Both the position numbers and the translations under genes were made by a program. 64,000 bases of DNA from Isurus oxyrinchus (Eukaryota): positions 13,640,001-13,704,000 of the forward strand of contig JANJGN010000008.1 of NCBI GenBank assembly GCA_026770705.1, given 5' to 3'. Shown here piece after piece: positions 12,423 to 26,037 of the stretch. The notes under the pieces were generated by a model, which was not told the origin of the DNA, searched no databases, and saw only the letters and a list, made by a program, of their open reading frames with translations. Every line of letters begins with the position of its first letter. Position 1 is the stretch's first letter.

Positions 12423-13787
12423 GACAGGAGCAGAAATTAGGCCATTCGGCCCATCGAGTACACTCTGCCATTCAATCATGGCTGATAAGTTTCTCAACCT
12501 CATTTTCCTGCCTTCTCCCCGTAACCTTTGATCCCCTTACCAATCAAGAACCTATCTATCTCGGTCTTAAATACACTCAATGACCTGGCCTCCACAGCCT
12601 TCTGTGACAATGAATTCCATAGATTCATCACATTCTGGCTAAAGTTTCTCCTCATCTCTGTTCTAAAAGGTCTTCCCTTTACTCTGAGGCTGTGCCCTTG
12701 GGTCCTAGTCTCTCCTACTAATGGAAACATCTTCCCCACGTCCACTCTATCCAGGCCTTTCAGTATTCTGTAAGTTTCAATCAGATCCCCGCTCATCCTT
12801 CTAAACTCCATGGAGTAGAGACCCAGAGTCCTCAAACGTTCCTTATATGTTAAGCCTTTCATTCCTTGGATTGTTCTTGTGAACCTCTCCTGGACCCTCC
12901 AGCGCCAGCACATCCTTCCTGAGATACGGGACTCAAAATTGCTCACAATATTCTAAATGTGGTCTGACCAGAGCCTTATAAAGCCTCAGCAGCGCATCCC
13001 TGCTTTTATATTCTAGTCCTCTCGAAATAAATGCCAACATTGCATTTGTCTTCTTAACTACCGACTCAACCTGCAAGTTAACCTTAAGAGAATCCTGGAC
13101 TAGGACTCCCAAGTCCCTTTGCACTCCAGATTTCTGAATCCTCTCCCCATTTAGAAAATAGTCTATGCCTTTATTCTTCCTACCAAAGTGCATGACCTCA
13201 CACTTCCCCACGTCATATTCCATCTGCACTTTGCCCATTCTCCTAACCTGTCCAAACCCTTCTGCAGCCTCCCCACCTCCTCAATACTACCTGTCCCTTC
13301 ACCTATCTTTGTATCATCTGCAAACTTAGCCAGGATGCCCTCAGTTCCTTCATCTAGATCATTAGTGTATAAGGTGAAAAGTTGTGGTCCCAACATTGAC
13401 CCCTGTGGAACTCCACTAGTCACCAGCCACCATCCTGAGAAAGACCCCCTTATCCCCACTGCATCTTGCCAGACGGCCAATCTTCTATCCATGCTAGTAC
13501 CTTGCCTCTAACACCATGGGCTCTTATCTTACTGAGCAGCCTCCTGTGCGGCACCTTGTCAAAGGCCTTCTGGAAGTCCAAGTAGATAACATCCATTAGC
13601 TCAAAAAAATCAGTTCTGTTGAAGGATCATGAGGACTCGAAACGTCAACTCTTTTCTTCTCCGCCAATGTTGCCAGACCTGCTGAGTTTTTCCAGGTAAT
13701 TCTGTTTTTGTTTTCCATTAGCTCTCCTTTGTCTAATCTACTCGTTACCTCCTCAAAGAATTCTGACATGACAACAGGTGAAGTACT
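12423..13787 (-). mobile_element. CR1-clade LINE 3' part, interrupted by a Penelope-end fragment
   Basis: SGVPQGSMLGP, KFADDTKIG and LVRPHLEYC motifs in minus ORFs; a second short fragment of the same family lies at 12105-12260. Confidence 0.85.
13603..13713 (+). mobile_element. 111-bp Penelope-like 3' end insertion with 11-bp TSD
   Basis: TCCATTAGCTC at 13592-13602 and 13714-13724; insert matches 29715-29820, including the hammerhead-like motif. Confidence 0.8.
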
Positions 13788-14589
13788 GCGGCGTCCTAAG
13801 GCTGTCAGAGGCGATATTTGTATGAGGATTTTTGCTGTATTATTCACCACCCCCCCCCCCCCCCCCCCCCCCCCCCCACTCCACCCATCATCGGCAAAGG
13901 GACAGAAGATGTTATGAACAGTGCTTTTAAGCAGCACATGCAGCAGTAACCTGCTCACATACTCAATTTCGGTTCTGCCAAGGCCACTTGGCTCCTGATC
14001 TCATTACAGCCTTGGTTCAAACCTGGATCGCCCCTCATCCACTATTGACTCGTTATTTTCCCCCACCCCAAGACTTTCAAGCTGTGCAACTCCTCCCTTT
14101 ATGGCTAGAGTCATGATTTAATTCAGTGGTGTTGCATACTTGAAGGGCTGAATGACCTACACGTGTTTTATTTCTTGCATTCGAAATTATTGCAATAATG
14201 GTGATGGGGGAGCCAGGCATATATTTCAATCCGGGGCCATGTGTGACTTCCAGTGGCTCAGGTAGATGTTAAAGATGCTGTTGCACCATCTGAAGTTCTC
14301 CCTTTGTCCCAATCAATACTGTCAAACTCAACTGGTTGTTTTTCCCACTGATGTGGAACAGTGCAGGTGTGAAATAGCATACCTAACTTCATAGAGTTGT
14401 ATTGCACAGGAGGCCATTCAACCCATCATGCTTGTGCTAGCTCTGAAAGAGCCAAACAATTAGTCATATTACCCTGCTGCTTCCTACTTTTTTTTAAAGC
14501 CATCTCCAAATTATATTAAACCTGTGTCCTCTGGTTGCTGGCCTCCCTGTCAATGGAATCCATTCCTTAATGCCTACTTATCAAAAGTC

Positions 14590-16290
14590 ATTTTCCTCCT
14601 GAGGTTCCCAGCATCAGATTCCAGTCTGCCACCAATTTGATTTGCTCCACCTGATATCGCGAAACAGCTGAAGTCATTGGACACTGCAAAAATGGGCCCT
14701 GACAACATTCTGGCAAAAGTACTGAAGACTTGTGCCCCAGAACTAGCCACACCCCCAGCTAAGCTGTTCTAGTTCAGCTACAACACTGGCATCTATCTGA
14801 TAATGTGGAAAATTGTGCTGTCCACAAAAGCAGGACAGATGCAGCCCAACCAATAACCACCCCATTAGCCTACTCCTGATCATCAGCAAAGTGACAGAAG
14901 ATGTTATGAACAGTGCTTTCGAGTAGCACTTGCAGCAGTAACCTGCTCACTGTCGCTCAATTTGGGTTCTGCCAGGGCCACTTGGCTCCTGACCTCATTA
15001 CAGCCTTGGATCAAACATGGACAAAAGAGATAACAAAAAAACTGCGGATGCTGGAAATCCAAAACAAAAACAGAATTACCCGGAAAAACTCAGCTGAGTT
15101 TTTCCAGGTAATTCTGTTTTTGTTATGGACAAAAGACCTGAATTCAGGAGGTGAGGTGAAATTCTCTGCCCTTGACATCAAGGCAGCATTCAACCAAGTG
15201 TGGCACCAAGGATCACTAGCAAAACTGGAGTTAATGGGAATTGTCGGGTGGGGGAAACTCCACTGGTTCAAGTCATACTTAGCACAAAGAAAAATTGTGG
15301 TTGTTGGAGGTCAATCATCTCAGTCCCAGGTCGTCATTGCATGAGTTCTTCAGAGTAGTGTCCTACCTAGGCCCAACCATCTTCAGCTGCTTTGTCAGTG
15401 GCCTTCCCTCCATCATACAGTCAGAAGTGGGGATATTCGCTGATGATTGCACAATGGTTAGCAACATCCACGACTCCTCAGATACTGAAGAAGTCCACAT
15501 CCATAAGTGGCAAGATGTGGACAATATACGGGCTTGGGCTGTTAAGTGGCAAGTAACATTGGTGCCAACCAATGGCCTTCTCCAACCAGAGATAATTTAC
15601 CATCTCCCCATGACATTCAATGGCATTACCATCCTAGAATTTCCCCTCTGATCAACATCCTGGGGGTTACCTTTGACCAGAAAGTGAACTGGAACAGCCA
15701 TATAGACACTGTGGCTACAGGAGTAGGTCAGAGGCTGGGAACTCTGCAGTAAGTAACTCGCCCCCTGACTCTCCAAAGCCTGTCCACCATCTGCAAGGTT
15801 CAAGTCAGGAGTTTGATGGAATAGTCTCCTCTTGCCTGGATGGGTGCAGCTCCAACAACACTCAAGAAGCTTGACACCGTCCAGGACAAAGCACACTTGA
15901 TTGGCACCACATCCACCACTGCCGCACAGTGGTAGCAGTGTGTACCATCTATAAGATGCATTGCAGCAACTCACAAAGGCTCTTTCGACAATACCATCCA
16001 AATCTGTGACCCCTACCACCTCAAAGGGCAAGGACAGCAGATGTATGGGAACACCACCTTCTGCAAGTTCTCCAAGCCACTCGCCATCCTGACTTGGAAA
16101 TATATCATCGTTCCTTCCCTGTCACTGGGTCAAAATCATGGAACTCCTTTCCTCACAGTACTATAGGTGTACTTATATCACGTGGCCTGCAGCAGTTCAC
16201 AAGGTGGTTGACTTTCTCCAGGGCAATTAAGGATGGGCAATAAATGCTGGATTTGACAGTGATGCCCACACCCTATGAACGAATATAAAA
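14590..16290 (+). mobile_element. Degenerate LINE (CR1/L2 group) RT region and 3' tail
   Basis: ALDIKAAFNQVWH and IFADDC motifs; tail ...GGGCAATTAAGGATGGGCAATAAATGCTGG; further 3' fragments at ~26270-26555, 36465-36950, 41765-42415(-), 55130-55620. Confidence 0.8.
15029..15124. mobile_element. 96-bp fold-back Penelope-end insertion with 12-bp TSD
   Basis: ATGGACAAAAGA at 15017-15028 and 15125-15136; 31-nt inverted arms centred on 15093/15094. Confidence 0.85.
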
Positions 16291-17508
16291 AATATATATT
16301 TTGACCGCCTCTATTAAATCTACCTTTTAACATTCTCTACTTTAAGGAGAGCAAGCTCTGGTATCCTTACATCTGATGTTTCTCATTACTGGTACTGTTG
16401 TAGTAAATCTTCCCTTCACCCTCTCCAAGGCCTTAACATTCCTCCAAAAGTGTAGTGCCCAGAATTAGACACACTGCTCCATTTGTGACCAAAAATAACA
16501 GTAGTTACTCTTCAAGAGGTGAGTGAAACATCTTTTGGAAAATTAAATCTGATGTGCTATATAAATCCAGGGCATCAACAACCAATAACTTGAAGTAAAA
16601 TGTCTCACAATGCTTCGTAATAGTGTTATCAAAGAAAATTTGACAGCCATGTCAAGAGATAGACCAGCTGACCAAAGACTTACCGAGGTAGGTTTTGTGA
16701 AATGACTTAAAGGTGGACAGAGAAGTGAAAAGGTTTAGGAATGGAATTTCACTGTTTTAGATCTGGGAAGGTGAAGGCAAGTCTGCCAATGGTGGAGCAA
16801 TTAAAATTGGGTATGTGCCAAGACACCAAAATTGGAAGCAGCAGGTATCTCGGAGTGTTGTAGCTCTGGAGGAAGTGACAGAGGTAGGGAGAGGTACGGC
16901 CATGGAGGGACTTGAAAATGAGGGTGAGAATTTTAAAACTGAGGCATCGCTTAACCGGAAGCCGGTGAAAAAAGTTCTCATTGTCATTTCCCAATCCCAG
17001 CATGGCCTCGCCCCTTCCTATCTCTCTAATCTCCTCCAGGCCTACAACACTCTTAAAAATCTGTATTCCTCTATTTCTGGATCCTTGAGCATTGCCAATT
17101 TTAATCAGTTGCTCAGGACCTGAGCTCTGGAATTGCTTCCCTATCCCTTCAGCTCTTTAACATTTTCCTCAAAACCTATTGCTCTGGCCACACTTCTGAT
17201 CCCATCATATTTTTTTGTGTCTCAGTGTCAAATTTCTGCCTGATAACATTCCTGTGAAGGAGTTTGGGACCTGTTGTTATATTAAAGATACCATATAAAT
17301 GCTGATGTTATTAATGATGCCAAGAGAGCAGCATATAGATGAGAACTAGGAAGGGGCTAATGATAGTTTATTGACAGACCCCAGAAACCATGGTGAAGGA
17401 AGAGGAAGGGAAGTACTGCAGATGATTTCTGTTATGACTGGGTAGGTAGCATTGGAGCTATAGAAAAGCCATCTCACTCGTATACAACAGAGGAGAGACA
17501 TTGGAGAG

Positions 17509-18373
17509 TGTCACAACTCACTGGGGATAGTGCGCTGTAATATCAAGCCCCACTGTGTACCAAGCCACGACAAATGTGATAAGTTTGACCAAACCATCAG
17601 ATTGCCCCAATTCTACCTAACTGTTTAACATAGGTTAACAGAATACAAGCACCGGGTTTATAAACTTAATAAGTAAATAACCGTTTATTGAACAAATTGT
17701 CTTTAACTAGTGGCAAAAGAAATAAAAATGAACTGCTAACTTCTAACTCTATAACTTAAACTCTGCCCCTTCTTAAATTCCAACACACACATACATAAGA
17801 CACACAAAACATAGATTTTAAGGGTGAGATAAAACAGTTCAATAGCACCAATCCATAGTACAGGATTAGATGGATTGATTTTGATTGCTGTCTTCCAAAT
17901 TCCTTGGAATTTGTCTTTGATTATATGAGGTAGTCTCGCAGCATTTTCAGTCTGTGGTTCACTGGTTGAAAAATTTGTTTTTCAATTTCTCTACTGGTTA
18001 TTTTTCCCCTTTTCCCCTTGACAGGGGCTTTCAGAGAAAGCAGGTTACAGAGATGTGAGGAATAGCCAGCTAGCTACTATGGCAGAATTACTAGAATCTT
18101 ACAAACACAGGAGAGACTGATTTTAGGTCTTCCCTCTTTGCAGGCTAGGATCTGTAGTCCCTGCACTGTTACCACACAAAACCCTGGTCACCTGGTCCGG
18201 AGCCAATTAAAATGTTGTCGTCAGGCAGTTTCCCTTAGTCCAGGGCTCCTTTCCAGCACCATCCTGTTCTTTTATGGCACACTCTGTTCCAGGATAGCAA
18301 CATTGTAGATATTCTCTATCCTATTCCGATTTTAAAGCCCCAGTCCAAGAAAAATAAAAATAAGGTCTTTGCA
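17509..18373. mobile_element. Probable solo LTR (865 bp) inserted in an old L2-like fragment
   Basis: TG...CA termini; 4-bp TSD AGAG at 17505-17508 and 18374-18377; host sequence resumes across the insertion. Confidence 0.6.
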
Positions 18374-18706
18374 AGAGGATGGTGTGGTCAACCATGTACA
18401 AATCTCCTGACAGGTCGAAAAGGACAAGGAAGGATAATTTACTTTGGTTATGGGGAAGATATCATTTGTTAATCTGCGATGGGGTGGGATACAAACATGC
18501 AGTTATGAGAAAGATGGGCATGCATTTGGGACACAGCAACACTTTCAAGGACTTCGGAAAGGAAAGGGAGGTTGAAGATGAGGTAGTTAGCAAGGGGGCT
18601 GGAATCAAGGATTTTTTCTTAGGAGAGAGGCCAGCACTGGAGAGGGGACAGTTATCAATATCAGTTAACCTGGTGCCAGAAGGGGAAGTCATGTGCTCAG
18701 CAGTTT

Positions 18707-19950
18707 GGTAAGAATTAGAAACAATTATTCGGGATAAAATTAATAGTCACATGGAAAAATGTAGATTGATTTGGAAGAGTCAGCATGGATTTGTTAAAGG
18801 AAAATCGTGTCCAACTCGCTGGAGTTTTTTGAGAAGTTAACAGATGGTTGATGGGGGCAAGGCTGTGGATGTGGTGTATATGGACTTCCAAAAAGCGTTC
18901 GATACAGTGCCACAAAACAGACTTGCGAGGAAAGTTATAGGTCATGGAATAAAAGGGACAGTAGTAATGTGGATACAAAATTGGCTGAGGGATAGGAAAC
19001 AGAAAGTAATGGTTAATGAGTATTTTACAGACTAGAAGGTTTGTAGCATTGGGGCCCCTTGCTTTTCCTGATATATATATAAATGATCTAGATCTTGCAG
19101 GGGACAAATTCAACAACACAAAACATTGTAAATTGTAAACTGTGAGGAGGACAGTGTAGAACTCAAAAGGACATTGACACATTGGTGGAGTGGGCAGATA
19201 AGTGGCAGATGAAGTCAATGTGGAGATGCGGGAGGTGATGCACTTTGGTACAAAGAACATGGAGAGACAGTATAAAATAAAGGATACTATTCTAAAGGGT
19301 GTGCAGAGGCAAAGAGACCTGGGTATATATGTACATAAGTTGTTAAAAATGGTAGGACAGATAGAACTGTTTCTAAAGCATACAGTATTCTCGCCTTCAT
19401 TAATAGGGGCATAGAGTACAAGAGCAGGGAGTTTATGATGAACTTATATAAGACACTGGAGTATTGTGCCACACTATACAAAGGATATGAATGCATTGAA
19501 GAGAGTGCACGTGAGGTTTACCAGAATGGTTCCAGGGATGAGACACTTCAGTTATGAGGAAAGATTGGAGAAGTTGGGACTGTTTCCTTGGAGGGGAGAA
19601 GGCTAAAAGGAAACTTGACAGAAGTTTTCAAAATCATGAGGGGTCTGGACAGGGCAAATAGGGAGAAACTGTTCCCACTTGTAAATGGATTGAGAACCAG
19701 AGGGCACAGTTTAAGTGTTTTGCAAAAGAAGCAAATGTGAGGTGAGAAAAAACATTTTCACACAGCGAGTAGTTAGGGTCTGGAATGCACTGCCTGGAAG
19801 TGTGGTGGAGACAGGTTCAACTGAGGCATTCAAAAGGGCATTGGATGATTATTTAAATAGAAACAATGTGCAGGGTTACAGGGAAAAGGCAAGAGATTGG
19901 CACAAAGTTAAAATGCACGGACAGCCAGTGTAGACATGATGGGCTGAATG
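18707..19950 (+). mobile_element. CR1-clade LINE fragment; its tail resumes at 22642 after a nested element
   Basis: VDVVYMDFQKAFDTVP motif; tail split at TGAATG. Confidence 0.8.
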
Positions 19951-22635
19951 CAAAGAGGAGGAGGTGTTGCATTATTAGTTAAAGAGTCAGTTACTGCAGT
20001 ATGGAGACATGATATCTTGGAGGGGGCATCGAATGAAGCTTTGTGGGTAGAGCTTAGGAATAAAAAAGGGGGAACCACATTATTAGGTGTTTATTATTGA
20101 CCCCCAGATAGTCAGTGGGAAATTGAGGAGCAAATGTGTGCACAATTTGTGGAAGTGTGTAAAACAATAATAATAGGGTAATTATAGCAGGTGATTTCAA
20201 CTTTCCCAGCATTAATTGGGATAGACATAGTGTTACGGGCTTGGATGGAGTGGATTTCTTGAAATGTGTACAGGAGAACTTTTTAGGTCAATATGTAGAG
20301 GGTCCTTCAAGGGACGGTGCATTGCTGGACCTAATTCTGGGGAATGAAGCCGGACAGGTGGCTGAGGTGGTGGGGAGCATTTTAGCGATAGTGACCACAA
20401 CATGGTACAGTTGAAGTTTGTTATGGACAAAGAAATCAACAAGTTGCAAAAAAATGTTTTTGATTGGGGGTGAGTGGATTGTAGTAAAATAAGGCAGGAT
20501 CTGGCCAAGGTAGACTGGAAACAGTTACTTGTGGGGAAATCTACAGAGGAACAGTGGGGGGTGTTCAAAAAGGAAATGGGGAGGGTACAGGCTCAACATG
20601 TTCCTTCTAGGGTGATAGGAAGGAGTAACAAGCCCAGAGAACCATGGATGACCAGAGGTATTCAAGTTAAGATGAGAAGGAAAAGAGAGGCTTTTAGCAA
20701 GTACAAGGGAAGCAAATCAGCAGAGGCATTAGTGGAGTACAGACAGTGCAGGGTGGAGCTTAAGAAAGCAATTAGGAGAGCAAAGAGGGGATATGAGAAA
20801 GCTCTGGCTGGTAAAAGTAGGGAAAATCCCAAGATATTCTATAAGTATATCAATGAGAAGAGGATAACCAGGGAAAGAGTAGGGCCCATAAGTGTCCAAG
20901 GGGGCAATCTATGGGTGGAACCAGTGAATGAATACTTCACGTCCGTCTTCACCCAAGAGAATGAGGATGAAGTTATCGAACTCGGGGAGAGAGACTGCGA
21001 GGTTCTTAAGCAAATTGATATAGGGAGTGACAAGGTATTGGAGGTGTTGGCAGGCTTAAAAGTGCACAAATCTGCAGGTCCGGATGATCTGTGTCCCAGA
21101 CTGCTGAGGGAGGCAAGGGAGGAGATCGCAGGGGCTCTGACCCAAATTTTTAATTCCTCTCCAGCTACAGGGGAGGTGCCAGAAGACTGGAGAACAGCTA
21201 ATGTGGTTCAGCTATTTAAGAAGGGTTGTAGAGATAAGCCAGGGAACTACAGACCCGTTGGTCTCACGTCAGTGGTAGGGAAACTATTGGAGAAATTTCT
21301 GAAGGAGAGAATCTATCTCCACTTGGAGAGGCAAGGTTTGATCAGGGATAGTCAGCATGGCTTTGTCAGAGGGAGGTCATGCCTAACAAATTTGATTGAA
21401 TTTTTTGAGGAGGTGACCAGGTGTGTAGATGAGGGTAGTGCAGTTGATGTAGTTTATATGGATTTTAGCAAAGCCTTTGACAAGGTCCCACATGGGAGAC
21501 TTATAAAGAAGGCAAATGCACACAGGACACAGGGTAATTTGATAAGGTGGATTCAAAATTGGCTTAGTTGTAGGAGGCAGAGGGTGATGACAGATGCTTT
21601 AGTGATTGGAAGCCAGCATCCAGTGGCGTACCACAGGGATCTGTGCTCAGTCCCCTATTATTTGTCATTGACCTAAATGACCTAGATGACTATGTGGGGG
21701 GGTAGGATTAGTAAGTTTGTGGATGACACAAAGATTGGCTGGGTGGTTAACAGTGAGATTGAGTATCTTGGGAAGATACAGGAAGATATAGAAGTGATGG
21801 TCAAATGGGCAGATAAGTGACAGATGGAATTTAACCCTGAAAAGTGTGAGGCGATACACTTTGGAAGGAGTAATTTGACAAGGAAGTATTCAATGAACAT
21901 CATGGCACTAGGAAGTTCTGAGGAACAAAGGGACCTTGGCGTGTGTATCCATAGATCTCTGAAGGCAGAGGGGCATGTTAGTGGGGTGGTGAAAAAGGCA
22001 TCTGGGATACTTGCCTTTATCAATCGAGGTATAGTTTACAAAAGTATGGAGGTCATGATGGAGCTGTATAGAACCTTGGTGAGGCCACAGCTGGAGTACT
22101 GTGTGCAGTTCTGGTCGCCACATTATAGGAAGGATGCGATTGCACTGGAGGGGGTGCAGAGGAGATTCACCAGGATGTTGCCTAGGATGAAACATTTAAG
22201 TTATGAAGAGAGGTTGGATAGACTTGGGTTGTTTCGCTAGAGCAGAGAAGACTGAGGGGAGACCTGATCGATGTGTCCAAGATTATGAGAGGCATGGACA
22301 GGGTGAATAGGGAGCAGCTGTTCCCCTTAGTTGAAGGGTCAGTCACAAGGGGACATAAGTTCAAGGTGAGGGGCAGGAGGTTTAGGGGGGAATGTGAGGA
22401 AAAATCTTTTGCCCAGAGGGTGGTGATGGTCTGGAATGCACTGCCTGGGAGGGTGGTGGAGGCGGGTTGCCTCACATCCTTTAAAAAGTACCTGGATGAG
22501 CACTTGGCACGTCATAACATTCAAGGCTATGGGCCAAGTGCTGGTAAATGGGGTTAGGTAGGTAGGTCAGGTATTTCTCATGTGTTGTTGCAGACTCAAT
22601 GGGCCGAAGGGCCTCTTCTGCACTCTGTGATTCTG
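19951..22635 (+). mobile_element. 5'-truncated CR1-clade LINE ORF2 (APE C-terminus, RT), inactivated
   Basis: 400-aa ORF 20474-21676 with PEDWRTANV, GNYRPV, QHGF, YMDFSKAFDKVPH; frameshifts downstream; 6-bp TSD TGAATG at 19945-19950 and 22636-22641. Confidence 0.9.
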
Positions 22636-22669
22636 TGAATGGCCTCCTCCTTCAGTGTAACAATTCTGT

Positions 22670-24100
22670 GAATAGGATTGAGGGAGAAGGAGGTGGGTTT
22701 CATGGATAAGATGAGCTCAGGGAGGGTGAGAAACTGGAGAAAGATGCAAATTTGGGGCCAGGACAGGGCTGGGGGGAGGAGGCTTAGAGGAAGTTTAAGT
22801 CAGCGGGGAAGGGAAGGAAGTGCTGGGGTAGCTGGCCAGATAGTCTCAAACTTAGTGACAAATTCATGAGCTCCTCACATTTGGTGTAGGGGCTGGAGAA
22901 AGCGGTGGTGGGGGAGGGGTTGGAGGTTTAGATGTGGGAAAAAAAGGATATCTTTGCATTCCAGGATGATTCTGGAATAGCGAACTGTTTTAGCGGATGA
23001 GAGCAGGTCCTGATGGTGCTTTATGTGGTCTAGTGTCCAGCCAGATCCGGTGGTGAACGGCTAAACCAATTGTCCACCGTGTCCATTCAAGCCTGTGTCC
23101 CTTGGACTTAAGAGAGCGGGGATGAGGCACAGAGCAGGTGAATGTTCAGGGGTAAGAGAGAGTAACGGTTTTAATGAGGTGAGGATGTGGTTGAACAGGT
23201 GTAGAAATATTCGGGTGAGGGGTTGGGGGTGTGACTAACAACAGCTGGACAGCTGGGAATTTGGAGATGCTGTTGTATGTGAGTTGGGAGGGCTCTTTCT
23301 AGGGATGGACACAGAATGACGAAGGGTTCACGGGGGAAGGAGGGTGTGAGTGGCGAGCGATACAAAGTGCTCAGATGTGGTCATAGCTGTGGATTACGCA
23401 ATGGGACTAGAGAGGCCACTTGAAATGGCAAGTTGAAGGGGGTGCCTGGGAATATGGGTTGAAGAGTTTAAGTGGAGAGGGGATAGGAGAACAGTGAACT
23501 CAGAGGAGAGGGGACATGATGCATTGAGATCGAAGTTGAAATCACCGAGGATGAGAAGTTGCCCGGTGCAAAGGATGAAGGAAGAAGACAGTGAAGACAT
23601 CTTGGTAAGGGCCTTGGCATGGTATTTGGGCGGGTGGTAGAGACAGGTTTTTAAATGAGAGGTGTGAGGGACGGAACTAGGTGAGATACTCAAAGGAGGA
23701 GAAAGTGCCAGGGGAGTAAGGAGGGAGTCCAAGGTGTGGTGTGGTAATAAGAGCCTCACCGCCAGTACAACTGTCCAGCCGGGACAAGTGATGGAAGCTA
23801 TAGCCTTGGGGGAGGCTTAATTTAGAAGGAAGGTGTCATCACTCCTCAGCCAGGTTTCCATGACAACCATGCTGTCGGTGTAATCATCCGCAACAAGTTT
23901 GTGGATGGCAAAGGCCATGTTCACGAGTGAACAGAACATTCTGGGTGGAGGTGGGTGGGCGGGAGGGGTGAGAGGAAGTGGTGGTGAGTGAGAACTGATC
24001 CTGTGGCAGAGTCCACCACTCAGCACCTGCAGGAATGAACGGCACAGGGAAGGAGTTTGAAAAGCTTCTACCCCACCGAGTACGGTGGGCAGGAAAGGTG
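22670..24100 (-). mobile_element. Old L2-like LINE fragment (endonuclease region)
   Basis: ETWL and LLILGDFN APE motifs in minus ORFs 23817-24026 and 23394-23759. Confidence 0.6.
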
Positions 24101-24659
24101 ATAAGGGACTAGGTCAGTTGGATTTGTTGCTCATAGTGAGCCAGTGGCCAGTGCCTTGAGGAGCCCTTCAGAAGGGACCGAGAGAGCTACAGGGGGAAGC
24201 TGTAGGCTTATTTAAGAGGAAGACAAGCCTGGGACATCGGCAGGAGAGTAGGAAGATCGAAGACTAATGTAGAATTGGGGTAGGAATTTGGGAGTACAGA
24301 TTACTCAACGGGAGTAATGAAAGGAAACACAGCGACAGGAGAGAGGAGTCTAGGAGAGATGAAGAGAAAAGAAGAGCTGGGCTCAGATCCAGAACAGAGG
24401 CAAAAACTCACGTGGGCCTGGTTGCATAGCAAGATTAGGGTAATATATCTCCTAATAAGGGGAGAACTCCCAGGAGACAGTAATAAGGAATCCAGAGTTA
24501 AGGTCATTAGTCCAGAAGTGGGATAAGGTTGACGTAGAGTTAACTTGGAGCATCGTCGAACTGGTGTCCAGATGTAGGACCAGTGCGTCCAGAAGATATT
24601 TGAAAGGTACATTTTGAAGTATTTACTAATTTGGCCCATTCCAATTTTATTCTCCACTG

Positions 24660-25055
24660 ATTTTTAAAAATTCTTTCATAGGATGTGGACATCACTGGCA
24701 AGGCCAACATTTGTTGCCCATCCCTAATTGCCCTTGAACTGAGTGACTTGCTGGGCCATTTCAGAGGGCAGTTAAGAGTCAACCACATTGCTATGGGTCT
24801 GGAGTCAAATGTAGGCCCAGACCAGGTAAGGATGACAGATTTCCTTCCCTAAAGGACATTAGTGAAGCAGATGGTTGTTTACAACAATTGATAGTTTCAT
24901 GGTGACTATAACTAACTTTATATTCCTGATTTTTTTTTTTATTAATTAAATTCAAATTCCACCAACTGCTGTGGTGGGGTTTGAACTAATGTCCCCCAGA
25001 GCATTAGCCTGGGGCCTCTGGGTTACTAGTCCAGTGACATTACCACTACACCACC
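24660..25055 (-). mobile_element. tRNA-derived MetaSINE/SlmI-like SINE
   Basis: Reverse complement of the family seen at 37845-38190. Confidence 0.7.
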
Positions 25056-25966
25056 ATCACCCCCAATTAACATAACGACGATGAGCCTAAAGGTTATCTT
25101 CTGACTCATCATCCTATAGCTCCCCGCACCCCCCCCTCCCTGAACTCTGCTGCCCCAACTCTGGCCTGTTGTGCATCCCCATTGTACCTAGTGTCAGCCC
25201 TGGCTCAACGGCTAGTGCTATCAACTCTGAGACAACAACCTTACAGATTCAAGTCTCACTCCAGAGACTAGAGCCCGTAGTCTACGCTGAAACTCCCAGT
25301 GCCATTACTGAGGGAGTGCTGCATTGTTGGGCATACTGCCGTTTATGTGAGATGTTAAACTGAGGCTGTGTTTGCCACCTCAGGAGGATGTAAAAGATCC
25401 CTTGGTACTATTTTGCAGGGGAGTCTCGCCAGCGTTCTGGCCAATATTTGTGCCTCAGTCAAGATCACAAAAAAAAACCCAGATTACCTGGCCGTTATCA
25501 CACCGCTGCTTGCGGAATCTTGCTGTGTGCGAACTGGCTGCTGCGTTTAGCCTCCTGTGCTGTGTAATTCTATGATTAGAGATTAGCCCTTTAACACTGG
25601 TGCAGTGCTGCAGCACACGCTGTACGAGTTCTTGGAATCCCACAGAGCCTCTCTGAGAATGAGTGGCTGACTTATATAGGGAAGTGCAAGCCATAATCTG
25701 GGTTTTACGCTAATCGTTTCTGCTCTGCAATTGGTGATAATGAGCACCACCAGCAGAGGACGCTGAGGCACATAGAACTGGAAGACAGACAAGGCAAATA
25801 AACAGGGCAGGAAATACAATTCAGGTTGATGGGAGAATTGCCCTGTTTTTAAACATTTACAGATGCCACAGATTTAGGAAACATTTGTCCCACGAGAGAG
25901 GGTGCGAAAGGTGTCTGTGTGCTGTCAGCACATCATCACCCAATCCACAAAACACACACTAGATCT

Positions 25967-26037
25967 CTGATTGGCTGTCGTGTGACTCGCCAGTTGCCAG
26001 GGAGAGGTCTCCGCTTGAGACTGCGTTTTCCAGAGTC
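25967..26037 (-). promoter_or_regulatory. S-X-Y-like module A
   Basis: Minus: CAGTCT-16bp-CCTGGCAACTGGCG-AGTCA...AGCCAATCAG. Confidence 0.6.

Noticed and set aside
20474-21676. 400-aa ORF as a functional host gene
   Set aside because: Internal part of a truncated CR1 ORF2 with frameshifts on both sides and a degenerate RT catalytic region
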